Assembly: GCF_011386835.1 (NCBI RefSeq) | Contig: NC_088802.1 | Span: forward strand, 1,426,001 to 1,490,000 | From: Chrysemys picta bellii | Lineage: Eukaryota | DNA: 64,000 nucleotides | Direction: 5' to 3' | Shown here: in pieces, positions 46,853-59,263 of the stretch | How positions within the stretch are numbered: the stretch's first letter is position 1 | Layout of the letters: each line of letters opens with the position of its first letter | The notes under the pieces: model-generated | What the model saw: only the letters and a program-made list of their open reading frames with translations | Databases searched by the model: none | Told to the model about the DNA's origin: nothing | Translations under genes and position numbers: made by a program

Positions 46853-49695
46853 ATGGAGCTGTCGCTGGCCCAGTGGGCGCTCGCCCTGCTCCTGCTGGCC
46901 GTGCCCCTGCTCTACGAGTGCAACGCCACCTTCCGGTACTTCTGCAAGATGGCCTTCTACAACGGCTGGATCCTGATGCTCGCCGTGCTAGTCATCCCGC
47001 TCTGCGCCCTGCGGGGCCGCAGCGTGGAGAACATGAAGTGAGTGCGGGCCGGGGGGGCTCTCCGCTGGGGGAGGAGATGGGGGGGGGCCATGTCAAGGTG
47101 CCAGGGGGTGGGATACGGCGGGGGCAGGGCTGTAGCCGGGGGGGGAGGGTTGCTGATCCCCAGGCTCTGGTTGTTGGGGGACCCCCCACACTGCCCCCCC
47201 AGCGTGTGTCTGCTCCCCTCCCCCCAGGATCATCCGGTTCATGCTGCACCACGTGAAGTACCTGTACGGCATCCGCATCGAGGTGCGCGGCCTGGAGCAT
47301 TTCAACCTGCCCGAGCCCTACGTCGTCGTCTCCAACCACCAGAGCTCCCTCGACCTGCTGGGTGCGCCGCTGGGGGGCGGGGCTCTGGGCTGGGGGCGGG
47401 GCTTGGGCTGGGGGTGCTGGGGCGGGGCTAGAGGTGGGGGTCTGGGCTGGGGGCGTCGGGCGGGGCTTGGGCTTGGGCTGGGGGCGGGGCTCCGGGCTGG
47501 GGGCGGGGCTCCAGGCTGGGTGGGGCTGGGGGCGGGGCTCCAGGCTGGGTGGGGCTGGGGGCGGGGTTCTGGAGGGCGAGCACCCGGCTACCGCAGTCCC
47601 TGCTGGGCCCAACAGAGGGCAGAGTGGGGCGGGGCCAGCTGGTGGGGGGCGGGGCTCCCAGCCCATTAACCCCTCACTCCCCGCAGGGCTGGTGGAGGGG
47701 GGTGGGCGGGGTCCCCAGCCCGTTAACCCCTTGCTCCCCACAGGGATGATGGAGGTGCTGCCCGACCGCTGCGTGCCCATAGCCAAGAAGGAGCTGATGT
47801 ACATGGGCACCGTGGGGCTGGCCTGCTGGCTCGGCGGCATCATCTTCATCAACCGCAAGAAAACGGACGACGCCATCGGCGTCATGTCGGAGACGGCGCA
47901 GACCATGCTGCGCGACAATGTAGGGGGGAGAACGGGGGGTGCACAGCCGGGGGGGAGGCGCATGTGGTGAGGGTGGGGGCAGCTCCATGGGGGTGTCTGT
48001 GTGTTTGGGGTGAGGGTGTCTGGGGGGGCTCTCTGGGGGGCTGTGTTTGGGGGGGCTCCATGGGGGTGTCTGTGTGGAGGTGGGAGGTATGGGGGACTTC
48101 CTGGGGGGATGTGAGGGGACTCGGGGGGGGGGGGGTTGTGCTGCGTGGGTCCCTGCTCTCACCCCACGCTCTCTGGCAGGTCCGGGTCTGGGTGTTCCCC
48201 GAAGGAACCAGGAACCACAACGGCTCCATGCTGCCCTTCAAACGCGGGGCCTTCCACCTGGCCGTGCAGGCCCAGGTACGTTCCCCCGACCCCCTCCCGT
48301 TCCCACCCCCCCGGGCTCCCCCTCCCGGCCGCGCGGGCCCAGGTAGCAGGTTGATGGCAGGCGGCTACTGGGGAGATTCTCAGCCCCATATTGGCTCTGG
48401 GCTGGGGTGCAGTGAGTTACTCGAGGGGGGAGAGGTGATGGGGTCCCCGGGGTGCAGCCTGGGACCGTGGCACCACTGGGCCCCCTTCATTCCCCAGCCT
48501 GGGCCGTCTCTCCCAGAGCCAAGCCAGTGACCTGCAGCAAACCCCTCCGGGTGCTGTGATCACTCATCCCCACGGGGAGCCCCACACCCGGCTCCAGCCG
48601 CTCCCGATTCACACCCAGAGCCAGGCCCCGGCCAGTTCCCCCCAGCCCCGGCCTTGCCCCCCGAGCCTGCGCAGCGTGAGTTCATTACCTGCCCGCCCCC
48701 CTTGCTGTGGGAAGGACACGGCCCAGCCTTTGTATGGGAGCTGAGATCCCCGAGCAAACCCCCTGGTCGAGGGACAGCAGAACAGAGGTTTATTAATTGC
48801 AAATCCCGGATTCCAGCTCCCCCACTCGCCGGCCCCAGTGACCCCCCATAACCCCCTGCACCCCAACGCTGCCCAGGCCAGCGGGTCTCAGCAGCTCACG
48901 GGCGCTGGGTGTGAGACGTGACGGATATGGGGGTACAGGGCACTGCTTGGAGCGACAGGGTAGGATTCTGATACCCCCTCCCCCCGCAGGTGCCCGTGAT
49001 CCCCATCGTGATGTCCTCCTACCGCGATTTCTACAGCAAGAAGGAGAGAAGATTCACGACGGGTGAGCGACCCCAGGGGTCAGGGAGGGGCTGGTGGAGG
49101 GGGCTGTGTGGGGGGGGGTTGTGGGGCTGTAGGTGGGAGGTCCGGGGAATGGGGGGGCTGTAGGTGGGGAGGGGAAGGGGGATGTTTGGGGGCGTTGCTG
49201 GGGGCGCTGTAGGTGGGAAAAGGGGGGCCATGCAGAGGGGTCGGGGAAGAAGGGAGCTGTGGGGGGCCATAGGTGGGGGAAGGGAGCTGTGGGGGGCCGG
49301 AGGTTAGAGAAGGGGGGCGTGCGGGGTGGGTCAGGGGGGGAAGGGGGCTGTGCGGGGCCGGAGGTTAGAGAAGGGGGGCGTGCGGGGTGGGTCAGGGGGG
49401 AAGGGGGCTGTGCGGGGCTGGAGGTTAGAGAAGGGGGCCGTGTGGGGTGGGCCAGGGGAGAAGGGAGCTGTGGAGGCCGGAGGCGGGGCGGTTCGGCCGC
49501 TCCCGCCCCCCTCACGTGTCCCCCTCCCCCACAGGGCGCTGTCTGATCCAGGTGCTGGCGCCGATGCCCACGCAGGGGCTGGGCCCGGAGGCGGTGCCGG
49601 CGCTGACGGAGCGCGTGCGCCAGGCCATGCTCGAGGCCTTCGACAGCCTGTCGGGGGAGCTGAGCCCTGGCCCGGAGCCCCCTGCCCCACAGTGA
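46853..49695 (+). CDS. AGPAT1: 1-acylglycerol-3-phosphate O-acyltransferase 1, 6 coding exons, 274 aa
   Basis: Exons 46853-47037, 47228-47361, 47744-47919, 48180-48275, 48990-49062, 49535-49695 total 825 nt in frame. Motifs [21 protein letters not shown] and FPEGTR; synteny with RNF5. Confidence 0.95.
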
Positions 49696-49869
49696 CACCC
49701 CCGCCAGCCAGCTGGGGCGGAGCCTTTGCCGAGTGGGCGGAGCCAGCACCAGCCACGCCCACCAGGCAGAGCGGCCACGGACCAGATCTACTAACCCAGC
49801 ATTCCAACACCCCCCTCCCGGTTTAGCCACTTGGTATCTCCCGCTCCCCCACCATCACCTCCCCCCAGT

Positions 49870-50040
49870 CCTGTCAACATGGACTGATCCACTCCAGTCT
49901 GAACCATGGACTGATCCATTCCAGTTTCCTAACGGGGGGAAGGAGGATTAAACAATGGACTGATCCATTCCAGCTTGAACCATGGACTGATCCATTCCAA
50001 TTTCCTAACGGGGGAAGGAGGATTAAATAATGGACCATCC
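49870..50040. repeat. Short tandem repeat CATGGACTGATCCATTCC downstream of the AGPAT1 stop
   Basis: Four to five direct copies before the gap. Confidence 0.75.
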
Positions 50041-50227
50041 ACTCTAGCCTCCTGCTGGGAGGAAGAACAGACGCTGTGGACCAACCCATTCCTCCCTCCC
50101 ACAGGGGGGAGCCGGGGAAAAAAGGACCTCATGGATTGTTCCACTCCAACCTGCCCCAGGAAGAAAGCAAACTGCAGACTGTTCCACTTCAACCTTTGGG
50201 GGGAGCAGAGAAAGAAGGCCAGGGACT

Positions 50228-50727
50228 NNNNNNNNNNNNNNNNNNNNNNNNNNNNNNNNNNNNNNNNNNNNNNNNNNNNNNNNNNNNNNNNNNNNNNNNN
50301 NNNNNNNNNNNNNNNNNNNNNNNNNNNNNNNNNNNNNNNNNNNNNNNNNNNNNNNNNNNNNNNNNNNNNNNNNNNNNNNNNNNNNNNNNNNNNNNNNNNN
50401 NNNNNNNNNNNNNNNNNNNNNNNNNNNNNNNNNNNNNNNNNNNNNNNNNNNNNNNNNNNNNNNNNNNNNNNNNNNNNNNNNNNNNNNNNNNNNNNNNNNN
50501 NNNNNNNNNNNNNNNNNNNNNNNNNNNNNNNNNNNNNNNNNNNNNNNNNNNNNNNNNNNNNNNNNNNNNNNNNNNNNNNNNNNNNNNNNNNNNNNNNNNN
50601 NNNNNNNNNNNNNNNNNNNNNNNNNNNNNNNNNNNNNNNNNNNNNNNNNNNNNNNNNNNNNNNNNNNNNNNNNNNNNNNNNNNNNNNNNNNNNNNNNNNN
50701 NNNNNNNNNNNNNNNNNNNNNNNNNNN
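50228..50727. other. Assembly gap, exactly 500 N
   Basis: Run of N. Confidence 1.
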
Positions 50728-50869
50728 GCTTGGCTCCGGGAGAGGGGGTGGGGGAGCCCGGACTCCTGGGTTCCCTGCTTGGCTCTGGGAGGGAAGGGGG
50801 GGGAGCCCGGACTCCTGGGTTCCCTGCCTGGCTCCGGGGGGCGGGGATCTGGACGCTGCCCCCCCGTAC

Positions 50870-51002
50870 TTGGCCTGCGCCTCGTCCAGGCTCTGCTCCG
50901 TGATGCCCATGATCTGCTGCAGGATCTCGCCGAGCTCCTGGCGCCGGGGCTCGCCGGGCTCGGGCCGGCCGGGGGGGGCAGCAGCCGCCCCTGCTCCTCC
51001 AT
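50870..51002 (-). CDS. PBX2: Second copy of PBX2 exon 1 (one G short); 50728-51602 matches ~21740-22506
   Basis: MEEQGRLLPP...QELGEILQQIMGITEQSLDEAQAK, 133 nt versus 134 nt, AA|GTAC donor. Confidence 0.92.
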
Positions 51003-51869
51003 GGCCCGACAGCGCCGGGGGGGCCCCGGGAGACTCCGGGGCTGCCAAGATGGAGCCGCGGCGGGGCGGGGGGGGGGGGGGGGGAGGGGTCGGGGCTCGC
51101 CCGGGCTCGCTGCAGCCGGCGCGTATCGGTGCTGCCCCCTGGCGACCGCGGAGGGAACGGGGGGGGGCCCTTAAAGGGACAGGACAGGAATTTCCGGGGG
51201 GTGAGGGCGCTCACAGGGGGAGGGGCCGGGAGCCAGGACTCCTGGGTTCTCTCCCCAGCGCTGGGCGGGGGAGGACCGGGAGCCAGGACTCCTGGGTTCT
51301 CGCCCCGGCGCTGAGCGGGGGAGGGACCGAAAGCCAGGACTCCTGGGTTCTCGCCCCGGCGCTGAGCGGGGGAGGGACCGAAAGCCAGGACTCCTGGGTT
51401 CTCGCCCCGGCGCTGAGCGGGGGAGGGACCGAAAGCCAGGACTCCTGGGTTCTCGCCCCGGCGCTGGGCGGGGAGGGGCCGGGAGCCAGGACTCCTGGGT
51501 TCTCGCCCCGGCGCTGGGTGGGGGAGGGGCCGGGAGCCAGGACTCTTGGGACCAGGCTACAGAAAATTTTCTTTTATTTTCCTCCAGACAAGGGCGGGGA
51601 CCGGGGCCCCTTAGCACCCCCCCCCCCCGCAGCGATTGGGGGAGGGGAGAGCAGGGAACAGCCAATCACGTTCAAGGCAGCCAGGGCCCCTCCCCCCGCC
51701 GCGCCCCTGGACGGGGCGGGCCTGTAACCGGACCCCTCAAAGGGGCCTAGGAAAGGGCGGGGAGACCTGGGAGTGGGGTGAGCTGTGGGCTGTCCCCATT
51801 CCCCCCCCCCCGATTCCATGGATCCCAGACCCCCCCTGTGACCACTAGACCCCACTCCCCTCCGAGGGC

Positions 51870-53065
51870 TGGAGCCCCTCACTCCCGACCCACAGCCCCC
51901 GCCAGCCCGGCCCTGCCCCCCCCCAGCTCTGCCGGTGCCCCCTCACTCCCGACCCGCAGCCCCTGCCAGCCCAGCCCTGCCCCCCCAGCTCTGCCGGTGC
52001 CCCTCACTCCCGACCCGCAGCCCCTGCCAGCCCAGCCCTGCCCGCCCCAGCCCTGCCGGTGCCCCTCACTCCCGACCCTCAGCCCCCGCCAGCCCAGCCC
52101 TGCCCCCCCCAGCTCTGCCGGTGCCCCTCACTCCCGACCCGCAGCCCCGCCAGCCCAGCCCTGCGCCCCCCCAGCTCTGCCGGTGCCCCTCACTCCCGAC
52201 CCGCAGCCCCTGCCAGCCCAGCCCTGCCCCCCCAGCTCTGCCGGTGCCCCTCACTCCCGACCCGCAGCCCCCGCCAGCCCAGCCCTGCCCCCCCCAGCCC
52301 TGCCGGTGCCCCTCACTCCCGACCCGCAGCCCCCGCCAGCCCAGCCCTGCCCCCCCCAGCTCTGCTGGTGCCCCTCACTCCCGACCTGCAGCCCCTGCTA
52401 GCCCGGCCCTGCCCCCCCAGCTCTGCCGGTGCCCCTCACTCCCGACCTGCAGCCCCCTGCTAGCCCAGCCCTGGCCCCCCCAGCTCTGCCGGTGCCCCTC
52501 ACTCCCGACCCGCAGCCCCCGCCAGCCCGGCTCTGCCCCCCACAGCTCTGCCGGTGCCCCTCACTCCCGACCCGCAGCCCCCGCCAGCCCGGCCCTGCCC
52601 CCCGAGCTCTGCCGGTGCCCCTCACTCCCGACCCGCAGCCCCCGCCAGCCCGGCCCTGCCCCCCAGCTCTGCCGGTGCCCCTCACTCCCGACCCGCAGCC
52701 CCCCGCTAGCCCGGCCCTGCCACCCCCAGCTCTGCCGGTGCCCCTCACTCCCGACCCGCAGCCCCCGCTAGCCCGGCCCTGCCCCCCCCAGCTCTGCCGG
52801 TGCCCCTCACTCCCGACCCGCAGCCCCCGCTAGCCCGGCCCTGCCCCCCCCAGCTCTGCCGGTGCCCCTCACTCCCGACCCGCAGCCCCCGCCAGCCCAG
52901 CCCTGGGCCCCCCCCAGCCCTGCCGGTGCCCCTCACTCCCGACCCGCAGCCCCTGCTAGCCCAGCCCTGCCCCCCCCAGCTCTGCCGGTGCCCCTCACTC
53001 CCGACCCGCAGCCCCCGCCAGCCCAGCCTGGGCCCCCCCCCAGCCCTGCTGGTGCCCCTCACTCC
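51870..53065. repeat. ~50-nt minisatellite between the PBX2 and GPSM3 promoters
   Basis: GCCGGTGCCCCTCACTCCCGACCCGCAGCCCC..GCCCAGCCCTGCCCCCCAGCTCT units. Confidence 0.92.
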
Positions 53066-53507
53066 CTGCGGCCCTGACTGCCTGGGGAGGGCGCCCCCTG
53101 CGCTGGCTGTTGCTGGGGGGGAAGTGAGTTGTTGGGGGCGGGGGGGGGATTGTGCAAAGTGGAAACCGCGTCTCTTTGGGGCGCAACATCCTGTGACGTG
53201 GGGGCGCGGGGGGGGCGGGGCGCCAGCCAATGGGGCGCTGGCAGGAAGGGCCGTGGTGGGGCAGCCAGGGCCCCGAACGGGGCGCGGCAGAGGGGCAGCC
53301 GGGAGCCGCGGTGAGGGGGGAGCTGGGGGGCAGCGGGTGGGGGCTGGGTGCTCCCCTGGGTGCGCGGGGCCAGTGGGTGGGAACAGGTGGGTTTGAGTGG
53401 GGGAGGGGCAATGAGGGACTGGGGTGGGGGCCCTGGAGAGGTCACAGGGGCTGGTTAGGGGAGGGGGACGGGGGGTCTTGCGGTGGGGGGTCGGGGGGGG
53501 GGGGGCC

Positions 53508-56500
53508 ATGGTGCCAAAGGCCGGTTACTTTCAGTGGGTGAGCCCAGCTTCTGTCCCCCCTCCCCCGGCTCCCTCCCCGAGACTGCCCTGCCCCCCTGCT
53601 GGCCCCCTCCCCTGCCTGCCCTAGGCCTAGACCTCTCCCCTCCCCCAACTTCTTCCCCTCCCCCCATTTCCTCCCCTGGCTGGGGCAGGGGCTGGTGGCG
53701 GGGTTTGGGAAGCCCATGAGGGGCAGGGTGGGGGGGGCAGCTGGAGAGAGATGGAGCCGGCCAGGCCGAGGGGAGCGCCGGGGGGCAGTGGGATGGGCCC
53801 CCCATATCTCTGCCCCCCACATCTCTGCCCCCTTCCTGTTCCAGGCCATGACTAGTTTGGAGAGTGAGTGGGTGGTGGGGGACAACGCCCCAGCCGGGCC
53901 CCCCAGCCCAGCTTCCTTTGGGGGCTCAGCCCCCACGACTGACCCCCTGGTGCCCCCAGACGAGGACGTCGCAGGGAGGGACCCTGGGGGCGTCTCGGTG
54001 GGACAGGACCGGACCAGCAGCGACCGCGCCCTGCCCGGGACAGCTCCGACTCCCCCACACCGACAGAGGTGAGGAACAGAACCCAGGCGTCCTGGCGCCC
54101 CCCTCCCTCCCCTGCGCCGGGCAGGGAACCCAGGCATCCTGGTGCCCCCCTCCCTCCCCCGCGCCGGGCAGGGAACCCAGGCGTCCTGACCCCGCTCTCC
54201 CCCAGGCCGACCCCCTGGACCCCTTCGACCGGGAGCGGCTCTTCGACCTGCTCTTCCGCTCCCAGAGCCGGCGGCTGAATGAGCAGCGCTGTGTCCTGCC
54301 CGGCCTGCGGGGGGCGCCCCGCCACGACCCCGCCCGGCCCTGGCGCTCGGCTGCCCGGGACCCCCACCGAGGGCCTGCTGGGGGGAGCAGGTAAGAGATG
54401 CGGCCCCGCGCCGGCCTGTCCTGTGCCCCGACATCTCCTGACCCTCCCCCGACTCCCTGCCCCCCAACCCCTCGCCTGGCCCCAGCCCCTGCCCCCAAAC
54501 CTTCCCCTCTGCCCCTGAATCCCTCCCCCTTCCCCTCTGCCCCCCAACCCCTCTCCTCTGCCCCAGCCCCCTCTTCTCTATCGCCCTGACCCAACCCCTC
54601 CTTCAATCCCTCTGCACGCCCCATGGCCCCCATCCCCTTCCCCCCTCACCCTGTGCCCCTCTTAGCTCCCCCCATCCAGCCCCTCCATTCCCAGCCTTCT
54701 TCCTCTTACCCCCATCACCTCCATCCCTCTGCAGCCATGGGGGGGGAGGGTGCAGTCTGGCAGGGGGGTGCAGCTATGGGGTGAAGTGGGGGTGCAGCTG
54801 TGGGGGGAGGTGTAGCAGGGGTAGAGCTGGGGGGGCACCGTCCAGCCCTGTCTAACCCCCCCAACCCCCCAGGGAAGTTCTGCTCGCTCACCTCGCTGCA
54901 GGCCGAGCAGTTCTTCGAGCTGGTGGCCACGGCCCAGGCCCGGCGGCTGGACGACCAGCGGGCTGACTTCGCAGGGGGACCCCCGGGGCCCGAGGGAGGG
55001 GGCTGAAGAGGGGGCTGAAGAGGGGGGCCAAGGGGCCTCCGGAGCCCCCCGACCAGGGGGAGGAGTTGTACAGCACCATCCTCACCCACCAGGTAAGAGG
55101 TGGTCCCCCGGAACCCCCACCCCCGAGTCCTGCCTGACCCCCCAGTCCCCGAGACCCCCACCCCATAACCCCTCCCTCCAGACCCCCCGAGATCATAGAA
55201 TATCAGGGTTGGAAGGGACCTCAGGAGGTATCTAGTCCAACCCCTGCTCAAAGCAGACCAATTCCCAACTAAATCATCCCAGCCAGGGCTTTGTCAAGCC
55301 TAACCTGAAAAACCTCTTAAGGAAGGAGATTCCACCACCTCCCTAGGGAACCCATTCCAGTGCTTCACCACCCTCCTAGTGAAATAGTGTTTCCTAATAT
55401 CCAACCTGGACCTCCCCCACTGCAACTTGAGACCATTGCTCCTTGTTCTGTCATCTGCCACCACTGAGAACAGCCGAGCTCCATCCTCTTTGGAACCCCC
55501 CTTCAGGTAGTTGAAGGCTGCGATCAATCCCCCCCCCCCCATTCTTCTCTTCTGGAGACTAAACAATCCCAGTTCCCTCAGCCTCTCCTCATAAGTCATG
55601 TGCTCCAGACCCCTAATCATTTTTGTTGCCCTCCGCTGGACTCTTTTCAATTTTTCCACATCCTTCTTGTAGTGTGGGGCCCAAAACTGACACAGTATTC
55701 CAGATGAGGCCTCACCAATGTCGAATAGAGGGGAATGATCACGTCCCTCGATCTGCTGGCAATGCCCCTACTTATACAGCCCAAAATGCTGTTAGCCTTC
55801 TTGCAACAAGGGCACACTGTGTTGTACTTAAAGTCCTGCACAGGATCTTTTCAGGGGGAATAAGGCAAAACGCCACATTTATTAGTAATACATGTATTCA
55901 TTAACACTGTATTATATGCATATAATATATTACACTTACACACACACACACACACACACACTCCGTCTTGTTGTTACCAATTAGTTGCTCCCCTTAACTT
56001 CACTGGCCAGGTGAGTTAGATGGGGGAGGGGGTGGAGCCGGGCTTCTGCCGATCCGGATCGATGCTCCCATGTTGACAAGACGAGACCCGGGGTCCTCTG
56101 CAAGACACCTCACTTTTATAGCAGCTTTCCTCTTATGCAAATCTGTACCAGATTCAAACTCTGTGTCTGTGTCCACTGGTCCTTTGTGCTGCTTTCTTTT
56201 GAGTGTTGTCCAATGCTGCAAAGAGGGTGTTTCCAAAGAAGGTGCTTGCTTCTAACCCCGAGGCCGTCGGTATGTCTGCTTGTCTTTAATGAGCCCACTT
56301 GACACGTTTTATTGTCCTTGGGTCTGGCTCCCAGCCCCTCTCCAACAGTTGAGGCTGTCTGGAGGTGCTGCCTTCCATGCCTTGCTCATCCACACCTCAT
56401 TCATTCAACAGGGCAATTGATTAAGAGTGGGGGGGGGGGGGGAGAGCTCTTGTTTCTACTGCTAGCAAAAAGACATTTTTCTTCTATCTTATTCTATCCT

Positions 56501-57916
56501 TAGGGGCTATAATATTATACCAAGGGCAATGCAAAGTTTCTAAATGAGGCCTTGACACAAAGTCCCATGAAAACAGAGGTCACACGTGGGTAGACCCACC
56601 ACAAGGTTATATGAAGAGGCACAATGTAAAGTCATATGAAAATTATCAGAGATTGATCTACAACTGTTGACTCATATCCAGCTTCTCGTCCACTGTGACC
56701 CCTAGGTCCTTTTCTGCAGAACTGCTACCTAGCCATTCGGTCCCTAGTTTGTAGCAGTGCATGGGATTCTTCCGTCCTAAGTGCAGGACTCTGCACTTGT
56801 CCTTGTTGAACCTCATCAGGTTTCTTTTGGTCCAGTCCTCACATTTGTCTAGGTCCCTCTGTATCCGATCCCTACCCTCTAGTGTATCTACCACGCCTCC
56901 TAGTTTAGTGTCATCTGCAAACTTGCTGAGGGGTGCAGCCCACGCCATCCTCCAGATCATTAATGAAGATATTGAACAAAACCGGCCCCAGGACCGACCC
57001 TTGGGGCACTCCGCTTGAAACCGGCTGCCAACTAGACATGGAGCCATTGATCACTACCCGTTGAGCCCGACGATCTAGCCAGCTTTCTATCCACCTTACA
57101 GTCCATTCATCCAGCCCATACCTCTTTAACTTGCCGGCAAGAATACTGTGGGAGACCGTATCAAAAGCTTTGCTAAAGTCAAGGAATAACACATCCACTG
57201 CTTTCCCCTCATCCACAGAGCCAGTTATCTCATCAGAGAAGGCAATTAGGTTAGTCAGGCACGACTTCCCCTTCGTGAATCCATGCTGCCTGTTCCTGAT
57301 CACTTTCCTCTCCTCTAAGTGCCTCAGAATTGATTCCTTCTGGACCTGCTCCATGATTTTTCCAGGGACTGAGGGGAGGCTGACTGGCCTGTAGTTCCCC
57401 GGATCCTCCTCCTTCCCTTTTTTCAAGATGGGCACTACATTAGCCTTTTTCCAGTCATCTGGGACCTCCCCCGATCGCCATGAGTTTTCAAAGATAATGG
57501 CTAATGGCTGTGCAATCTCATCCGCCAACTCCTTTAGCACCCTCAGATGCAGCGCATCCGGCCCCATGGACTTGTGCACGTCCAGGTTTTCTAGATAGTC
57601 CCGAACCACTTCTTTCTCCACAGAGGGCTGGTCACCTCCTCCCCAGGATCTCTCCCAGGGGCTCCTGCCCATCAGTTCCCTGAGATCCCCCCAGACCTGC
57701 CACCCCTGTGCCCTAACCCATGACCCCTGACAGCCCCCCCCGCAGACACTAACCCCCGTCCCCCCCCAGAGCCAGCGGCTGGAGGAGCAGCGCAGCGACC
57801 CCCCCATCCCGCTGGGGGCCCAGGAGCTCTTCGACCTGCTGCTGCGGGTGCAGGGGGGACGCATGGAGGAGCAGCGCTCGGAGCTCCCCCCTGCCCTGCT
57901 GCCCCACCCCTGCTGA
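53508..57916 (+). CDS. GPSM3: G-protein signalling modulator 3 with four GoLoco motifs; 5' exons and frame uncertain
   Basis: Candidate exons 53508-53537, 53845-54068, 54206 (or 54181)-54390, 54873-55092, 57770-57916. Motifs [51 protein letters not shown]|SQRLEEQRS and [20 protein letters not shown]; the last three match GPSM3 as recalled. Lies between PBX2 and NOTCH4. At least two frame breaks. Confidence 0.85.
55192..57645 (-). mobile_element. CR1 LINE, 5'-truncated, in the last GPSM3 intron, split by an LTR
   Basis: ATTCTATG tail at ~55192; RT motifs in ORFs 56911-58122, 56658-57047 and 55300-55659. Confidence 0.93.
55820..56662 (-). mobile_element. Solo LTR (843 bp) nested in the CR1
   Basis: TGT...ACA termini; 4-bp TSD ACTG at 55816-55819 and 56663-56666; removing it restores CR1 CACACTGTTGACTC. 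Minus-strand TATAAAAG at 56113-56120 and AATAAA at 55878-55883. Confidence 0.85.
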
Positions 57917-58662
57917 GCCCCCCCCCGACGGGCAGGGGAAGGGGGGGCCAAGACCTGGCCCTGCTCGCTGCAGGAATGGGGGAGACAGCAGCTGAAACGG
58001 GGAGGGCTCATTCCCTCCCCAGTCCCCCGCTGATAGCTGAGAATGGACACAACTCGCTGTAGAAATGGGGGTCCCCCGCCCCCCCTGCTAACACCTGGGG
58101 GCTGGGAATGGACACAGCTCATGACGGAAATGGGGAACCCCCCAGGAAGCCCCGACTAAGGCTACTGGCTGAGACTGGCCCCAACTTGCTGCAGGAATTG
58201 GGGGGACCCTGGAGAGCTCAGCTGAGAACAGGGGCCTCAGTGCACAGATGGGGGACCCACCCACGTCCCCCCCCCCCACACACCAACGACCAGGGGCTGA
58301 GACCAGGCCGGACTCGCTGCAGGAACGGGGAACCCCCCCACGCCTGAGACCAGCCACGCCTCCTGATGCCCCCGGGTGGGCAAAGACGGGGGCTCCTGCC
58401 CCCCCCCCCAGAGCTGCCCCGGGGGGGGGGGGGGGGAGAGGGGCCAGAGACTCAGAGTTTTCTAAGCTAATTCCTGATGTTTGTGAAAAAGTAAAAAAAC
58501 TGCTGGGGCAAAGGGGGGTGACAGCCTCTGATTGGGGGGGGAGCCAGGACTCCTGGGTTCACTCCGGGGTCTGGACTGGGCAGCGTCTCCCTGCGCCTCC
58601 GTTTCCCCCTCTGCCCCCCCCCAGACATTTTATCCCAGCCAGAGACAGTGGCATCAACTCAC

Positions 58663-58668
58663 TTTATT
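58663..58668 (-). terminator. NOTCH4: Probable NOTCH4 polyadenylation signal
   Basis: AATAAA on the minus strand ~600 nt after the stop. Confidence 0.6.
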
Positions 58669-58817
58669 CTCCAGCTGTGTGTGTGGGGGGGTGTAAATGG
58701 GGGTATAAATATGTGGGAGAGGGCGGGGGCAGGGGTTGGTGCCGGGGGGGGTCACCCACCCACCACCTGTCCCTCTGTGACAGGCAGGGTTGCAAAGCCC
58801 AGCCTCTTCCTGCTCCA

Positions 58818-59134
58818 TGACATCATCACAAGGCTCCCCGTGTGACATCATCAGTTCCTGGGAGTGTGACATCACTTCCTGCCTGTCGTGCTTTCCCATT
58901 GGGCGCTGTCACGTCTTGTCAATGATGTCAGAGCACCTGAGGCTGTCAGTGTCCTGGGTGACATCATTTCCTGTCCACTGGGTTGCACGTTATGACATCA
59001 CCGCCTTCCGTGTGACATCATTTCCAGGCTGCAACATCAGCATCCCGTGGGCATGTCACCACGCCACGGTGTGACCTCACTTCCTGTCTCTGACATCATC
59101 CTCTGGCGCTCGCTCTGCCCGCCTGGTGATGTCA
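58818..59134. promoter_or_regulatory. Homotypic TGACATCA cluster in the NOTCH4 3' UTR
   Basis: Nine exact copies plus one variant; several abut (C/T)TTCCTG. Confidence 0.5.
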
Positions 59135-59263
59135 CAGCCCGGCATGGCCACACCCCTCTGCTGTCCAATCCGAGCTCCCTCCCCAGCAGCGCCCCGGGGG
59201 CGGAGTCACTGCACCAGGGGGGTGGAGTCACTGCACCAGGGCGGCGTCCGATTGGCCGGGAGC

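Noticed and set aside
46853-49695. AGPAT2 as an alternative identity
   Set aside because: The MAFYNGWIL segment and linkage to RNF5, PBX2 and NOTCH4 favour AGPAT1.
57917-58720. Overlapping 3' ends of GPSM3 and NOTCH4
   Set aside because: No canonical plus-strand polyA signal was found (only TATAAA at ~58705), so the GPSM3 end cannot be placed.
58700-58860. C/D-box snoRNA suggested by minus-strand RTGATGA motifs
   Set aside because: No D box (CTGA) or terminal stem at a suitable distance, and the site is in a 3' UTR rather than an intron.
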